A stretch of 64,000 bases of DNA from contig JBEPZY010000002.1 of assembly GCA_041640595.1 (NCBI GenBank), positions 50,884 to 114,883 on the forward strand. Direction: 5' to 3'. The notes below the pieces were generated by a model. That model had not been told where the DNA came from and did no database searches. It saw only the letters and a list, made by a program, of their open reading frames with translations. This DNA is from Gemmatales bacterium (lineage in GTDB: Bacteria; Planctomycetota; Planctomycetia; Gemmatales; HRBIN36). The number at the start of each line of letters is the position of its first letter. The stretch's first letter is position 1. This document shows positions 59,947 through 64,000 of the stretch, one piece after another. Made by a program: the position numbers and the translations under genes.

Positions 59947-60966
59947 TCACTTGCTCGGAATCCCGGGCAGGACGACGCTGGCAGATTTTCCATGCGGTAA
60001 CTTCCCGACCAGAGGCGATGCTGCCGTCGGCTTTTCCAGCCCGCGGATCACGTGCGAACCGCGATCGGTGCGATAATAAACCAGCCGGGCGGAAAACCAT
60101 AGTTCCGGCAGATGCAGGTACCGTCCACCCTTGCACCCCCACTTGCTTTCAACCAGCACGAAATCTTCTTCCCCGATTGCCCGCACCAGGGCCGTGTGAG
60201 TAATCATGCCGCCCTGGTCATAATAGACGACGATATCCCCGACGCGCGGTCGTTCGACCGGATAGTAGCCGTTGTCGTGCAGGATCATTTCCACCGCATC
60301 GGGAGCGAGAATGAACCGCCCGCCCGTGAACACCCAGCCGTGGCAGTTGTAATTGGGGGCTGGCGGAGCCGTGCGGATGAGCTGACTGCCGAACGCATGT
60401 TCCGGCCAGTAAACGCCCGGATCGGGAAGACGCCTTTCCGGCAAAGGCGGCTGATCCTTAGCCGTGTACAAAGGAATCACCCGACCGCGATCCGTGTAAG
60501 CCTTCTGTTCGCTCAACGGATGGTTGATGCCTCCCAGAAGCATCGCCGGCGAGGCAAACTCCGACTCATCGAGAGTGGGAATGTTATCCGTTGTCGCCCC
60601 TGCCAGGGCCAAGGCAAAAACGCCTCCCGCCAAGCCAGTAACCAACCAATCCGCCAGCCACTGCCGACCAGCATTCAGCCAGACCAGACGTGTCAATATC
60701 CCGGCCAGGACCACACCCAGTATTGTTCCGCCAGCGCAAATAGCCGAACGCCAGGCACCATCCACCAGATTTTCCGTAGCGGTGATTGCTTCCCAGGCCA
60801 GCAAACCCGTAAGTGCCAGCCCGGCCGGCCAGATGACCTGAGCCAGACGCAGTCGGTGGGCCAATTGCCGCCACAATTGGGCCATCAGAGCAAGCACAAG
60901 CATTCCCCCGGCCAGAAGCATACTGGCCAGGTGAGCATATTGCGTCGGGGTGAAATCGAAAGGCAT
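59947..60966 (-). CDS. Membrane protein with a C-terminal putative Cys-His (papain/NlpC-like) domain
   Basis: About 4 N-terminal TM helices; YNCHGWVF...GDIVVY...HTA...ESKWG. Confidence 0.65.
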   Translation of the reverse strand: MPFDFTPTQYAHLASMLLAGGMLVLALMAQLWRQLAHRLRLAQVIWPAGLALTGLLAWEAITATENLVDGAWRSAICAGGTILGVVLAGILTRLVWLNAGRQWLADWLVTGLAGGVFALALAGATTDNIPTLDESEFASPAMLLGGINHPLSEQKAYTDRGRVIPLYTAKDQPPLPERRLPDPGVYWPEHAFGSQLIRTAPPAPNYNCHGWVFTGGRFILAPDAVEMILHDNGYYPVERPRVGDIVVYYDQGGMITHTALVRAIGEEDFVLVESKWGCKGGRYLHLPELWFSARLVYYRTDRGSHVIRGLEKPTAASPLVGKLPHGKSASVVLPGIPSK

Positions 60967-61547
60967 CGGCAATCCCTTCGGTCGGAGCAGACCAGTTGGT
61001 CGCCCACACCATCGGCTGCTTCCTGCAGCGAAGCCGCATTGGCAGCCCAGCAATGCAACCGAGTCTTGGCGGGGAAAGTTTCTTGAGGAGATTCGCGGGA
61101 GGGCTCATTCATTTTAGACGCCGATCCCCGCCAGAAGTTCCGTCCCCGTTTTCAAAGAGGCAAGCCCACGGCGTTCCGCTGCGATTGTAATGTCGCCGCG
61201 ATTAAAGCCCCGTGAAACGGAAATGAGCTTTCTATGAAAATCGCCCCTTGCGGATGTCTTCCCCGGCAACGTTCGCTGCCTCGGTCATCTGGTTAAACGT
61301 CTATCCGGCAATAGTGTTAGCAGTGCTTCACCGCAATGATTTTCGTGTCGGCTGCCCAATAACTGTTCCCGCGAGCCAATTCGTAGGGCAATACTACGCC
61401 AAGGGCTTTCTTACACCTGACCCCATTCACGCTCAACTAACCGCCCACGCTTTTTCGCAACTTTATTCCCACCCCCTACGGAAGCGAATTCGTTGGCCTT
61501 AAATTCACAAGCCGCACTGCTAGCATCCGTTGCGGTTTCCGACACAC

Positions 61548-62405
61548 TCACGCCCACAATCGCCGCTCTCTGACCGGGTAATTGGTAATAATCGCCTCGC
61601 TGACTTTGCCCCGTTTTCTGCCGTTGCAGTTAATGGCTCGACCAGCCCACACCAAGTCTATATGAAAGCACACCGTATTATAAAGCTCGCGCACTAATTG
61701 CGTGTCAGAATTAGAAATAAGCACATAGACACCCCTGCGATCTAAGTTTAGAGCCACATCTCGCAATAGTCGGTGACTGGCTAAGTCAAAGCCGGTCGCG
61801 TGATATTCGGTGAAATTAGCCGTCGCAGAAAGCGGAACATAAGGCGGGTCTAAGTACACAAAATCACCCTTCGCGGCACGCTCAAGCACAGTTTCAAACG
61901 AGGCACAGACCAGTTGCACTTCGCGTAAGGCAATCGCTACCGCACGCAGGTTCTCCGGATCATAATATTTAGGGGACTTATAGCGTCCGAACGGCACATT
62001 GAACTTCCCCTGACGATTTACACGGTAGAGGCCATTATAACCAGTCTTATTCAGGTAGATCATGCGAGCAGCACGTTCGGCCGGACTTAGTTGCCACGGA
62101 TCCTTCGCACGCAAGCTGTAATAAAAATCCCGATCGTAAGGAAACTCCCCCAGTAAATGAATAACCTCTTCCACGCGGTCACGAATCGCCTCATAAGTCG
62201 CAATCAGCTCGGCGTTGATGTCGGAAAGGACGGCGTGGCGAATCCGACCCAGCCTGTATAGATGGAAAAAGAATGCCCCACCGCCCAGGAACGGCTCATG
62301 ATAGACCTTGAACTGAGCCGGAGCTCGCTTCGCCAGTTCGTCCACTAACTGCATCTTTCCGCCCGCCCATTTCAAGAAAGGGCGTGGCACCGCCAGCGTT
62401 TTCAT
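61548..62405 (-). CDS. dam: Dam-family (D12 class) N6-adenine DNA methyltransferase
   Basis: [42 protein letters not shown]. Confidence 0.9.
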   Translation of the reverse strand: MKTLAVPRPFLKWAGGKMQLVDELAKRAPAQFKVYHEPFLGGGAFFFHLYRLGRIRHAVLSDINAELIATYEAIRDRVEEVIHLLGEFPYDRDFYYSLRAKDPWQLSPAERAARMIYLNKTGYNGLYRVNRQGKFNVPFGRYKSPKYYDPENLRAVAIALREVQLVCASFETVLERAAKGDFVYLDPPYVPLSATANFTEYHATGFDLASHRLLRDVALNLDRRGVYVLISNSDTQLVRELYNTVCFHIDLVWAGRAINCNGRKRGKVSEAIITNYPVRERRLWA

Positions 62406-62609
62406 GCCTTTAGCCCAGGGTCTATATTCTCGTACATGCCCAGTCCGAATATATGCTCGTCACCATATAGATGGAAACTGTTATTCTTTTCACGGCGAAA
62501 TCGTGATCGATATTCAGCGCCTGTATCTTCCATCATCTAAGCATCTTATACCTCAAAAAGCGATGCGGTAACTGTTTCTCTCTGCATGCGTCGCACCAAT
62601 CGCGCCGAC

Positions 62610-64000
62610 CGTCTACCCGCCGTGGGTCGGGGAAGTCAACCCCGTCCGGTGAAAATCGCACACTATTCGGCGACGATGCGAACGACGAACAAGAGCGGCG
62701 GGCGTCAGCCCGCCGTGGATTTGGGAAGCGCATCTGTGATGGCGACACTACGCACACGTTCTGCGGCAGACTGTCGCGCGACGAAGGAGCGGCGACCGTC
62801 AGCCCGCCGTGGATTTGGGAAGCGCATCTGTGATGGCGACACTACGCACATGTTCTGCGGCAGACTGTCGCGCGACGAAGGAGCGGCGACCGTCCGCCCG
62901 CCGTGGGTCAGGGTTGGTCGTATGTTCTCCGCGCTGTGCCGACCACGCACTTGCAAGAACGGTTCGTTTGCCACGGTCGGCTCACGCCGACCGCTCCTGG
63001 GTGCACAACGGATGTTCGCTGCATATAGCACCATCTGCGATGTGCACACGCACGTGCGCAGGAGCGGCGGGCGTTAGCCCGCCGTGGGTGACTGGTATGG
63101 TCAGTGACTGGTAAATTCCGGGTTTGGTTCGGCGACGACCGAAGAACAGCCGTGACCCCTGAACGTTAGCCCGCCGTGGGTCGGGGAAGTCAACCCCGTC
63201 CGGTGAAAATCGTGCACTATTCGGCGACGATGCGAACGACGAACAGGAGCGGCGGGCGTTAGCCCGCCGTGGATTTGGGAAGCGCATCTGTGATGGCGAC
63301 ACCACGCACACGTTCTGCGGCAGACTGTCGCGCGACGAAGGAGCGGCGACCGTCCGCCCGCCGTGGGTCAGGTTGGTCGTATGTTCTCCGCGCTGTGCCG
63401 ACCACGCACTTGCAAGAACGGTTCGTTTGCCACGGTCGGCTCACGCCGACCGCTCCTGGGTGTACAACGGATGTTCGCTGCATATAGCACCATCTGCGAT
63501 GTACACACGCACGTGCGCAGGAGCGGCGGGCGTTAGCCCGCCGTGGGTGACTGGTATGGTCAGTGACTGGTAAATTCCGGGTTTGGTTCGGCGACGACCG
63601 AAGAACAGCCGTGACCCCTGAACGTCAGCCCGCCGGGGATCGGTGAACCGAGCCCCGTCCGGCAAAAATCGCGCTCTGTTCGGCGACGATGCGACCGACG
63701 AACAGGAGCGGCGACCGTCCGCCCGCCGTGGGTCAGGTTGGTCGTATGTTCTCCGCGCTGTGCCGACCACGCACTTGCAAGAACGGTTCGTTTGCCACGG
63801 TCGGCTCACGCCGACCGCTCCTGGGTGTACAACGGATGTTCGCTGCATATAGCACCATCTGCGATGTACACACGCACGTGCGCAGGAGCGGCGGGCGTTA
63901 GCCCGCCGTGGGTGACTGGTATGGTCAGTGACTGGTAAATTCCGGGTTTGGTTCGGCGACGACCGAAGAACAGCCGTGACCCCTGAACGTCAGCCCGCCG
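62610..64000. repeat. REP/BIME-like mosaic array 5 (runs off the window)
   Basis: GAGCGGCGGGCGTYAGCCCGCCGTGG, GAGCGGCGACCGTCCGCCCGCCGTGG and CCACGGTCGGCTCACGCCGACCGCTC; a ~300-bp block is present three times (last offset 365 bp). Confidence 0.9.

Overview
A GC-rich bacterial window, most likely from a planctomycete. This is inferred from a DUF1559 prepilin-like gene, three Hanks-type kinases, 24-aa LRR proteins and a ThrRS insertion. Housekeeping genes include surE, metF, ilvB, pstS, lutAB, thrS, ftsK, trmL, queE and tRNA-Thr(UGU). There are also two S41 proteases, a TetR-ABC efflux operon and an orphan Dam-family methyltransferase. About 6 kb is taken up by mosaic arrays of one REP-like palindrome whose two arms covary. 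No transposase, integrase, cas gene or true CRISPR array was found. Main observations: (1) an unannotated ~240-nt non-coding transcription unit (57.70-57.94 kb) with a sigma54 -24/-12 promoter, five C-rich single-stranded segments and an intrinsic terminator; (2) an expanded cobalamin riboswitch upstream of a DUF1559 pilin-like gene, next to a BtuF-like gene; (3) two tandem secreted LRR genes built from shuffled 72-bp modules with variable concave-face residues; (4) a membrane kinase with a 7-blade, internally near-identical WD40 propeller inserted into a beta-helix (1-nt frameshift), upstream of an FHA-ABC exporter; (5) tandem repeats of the tRNA 3' end. All calls were made by eye from the sequence and ORF track; no searches were run.
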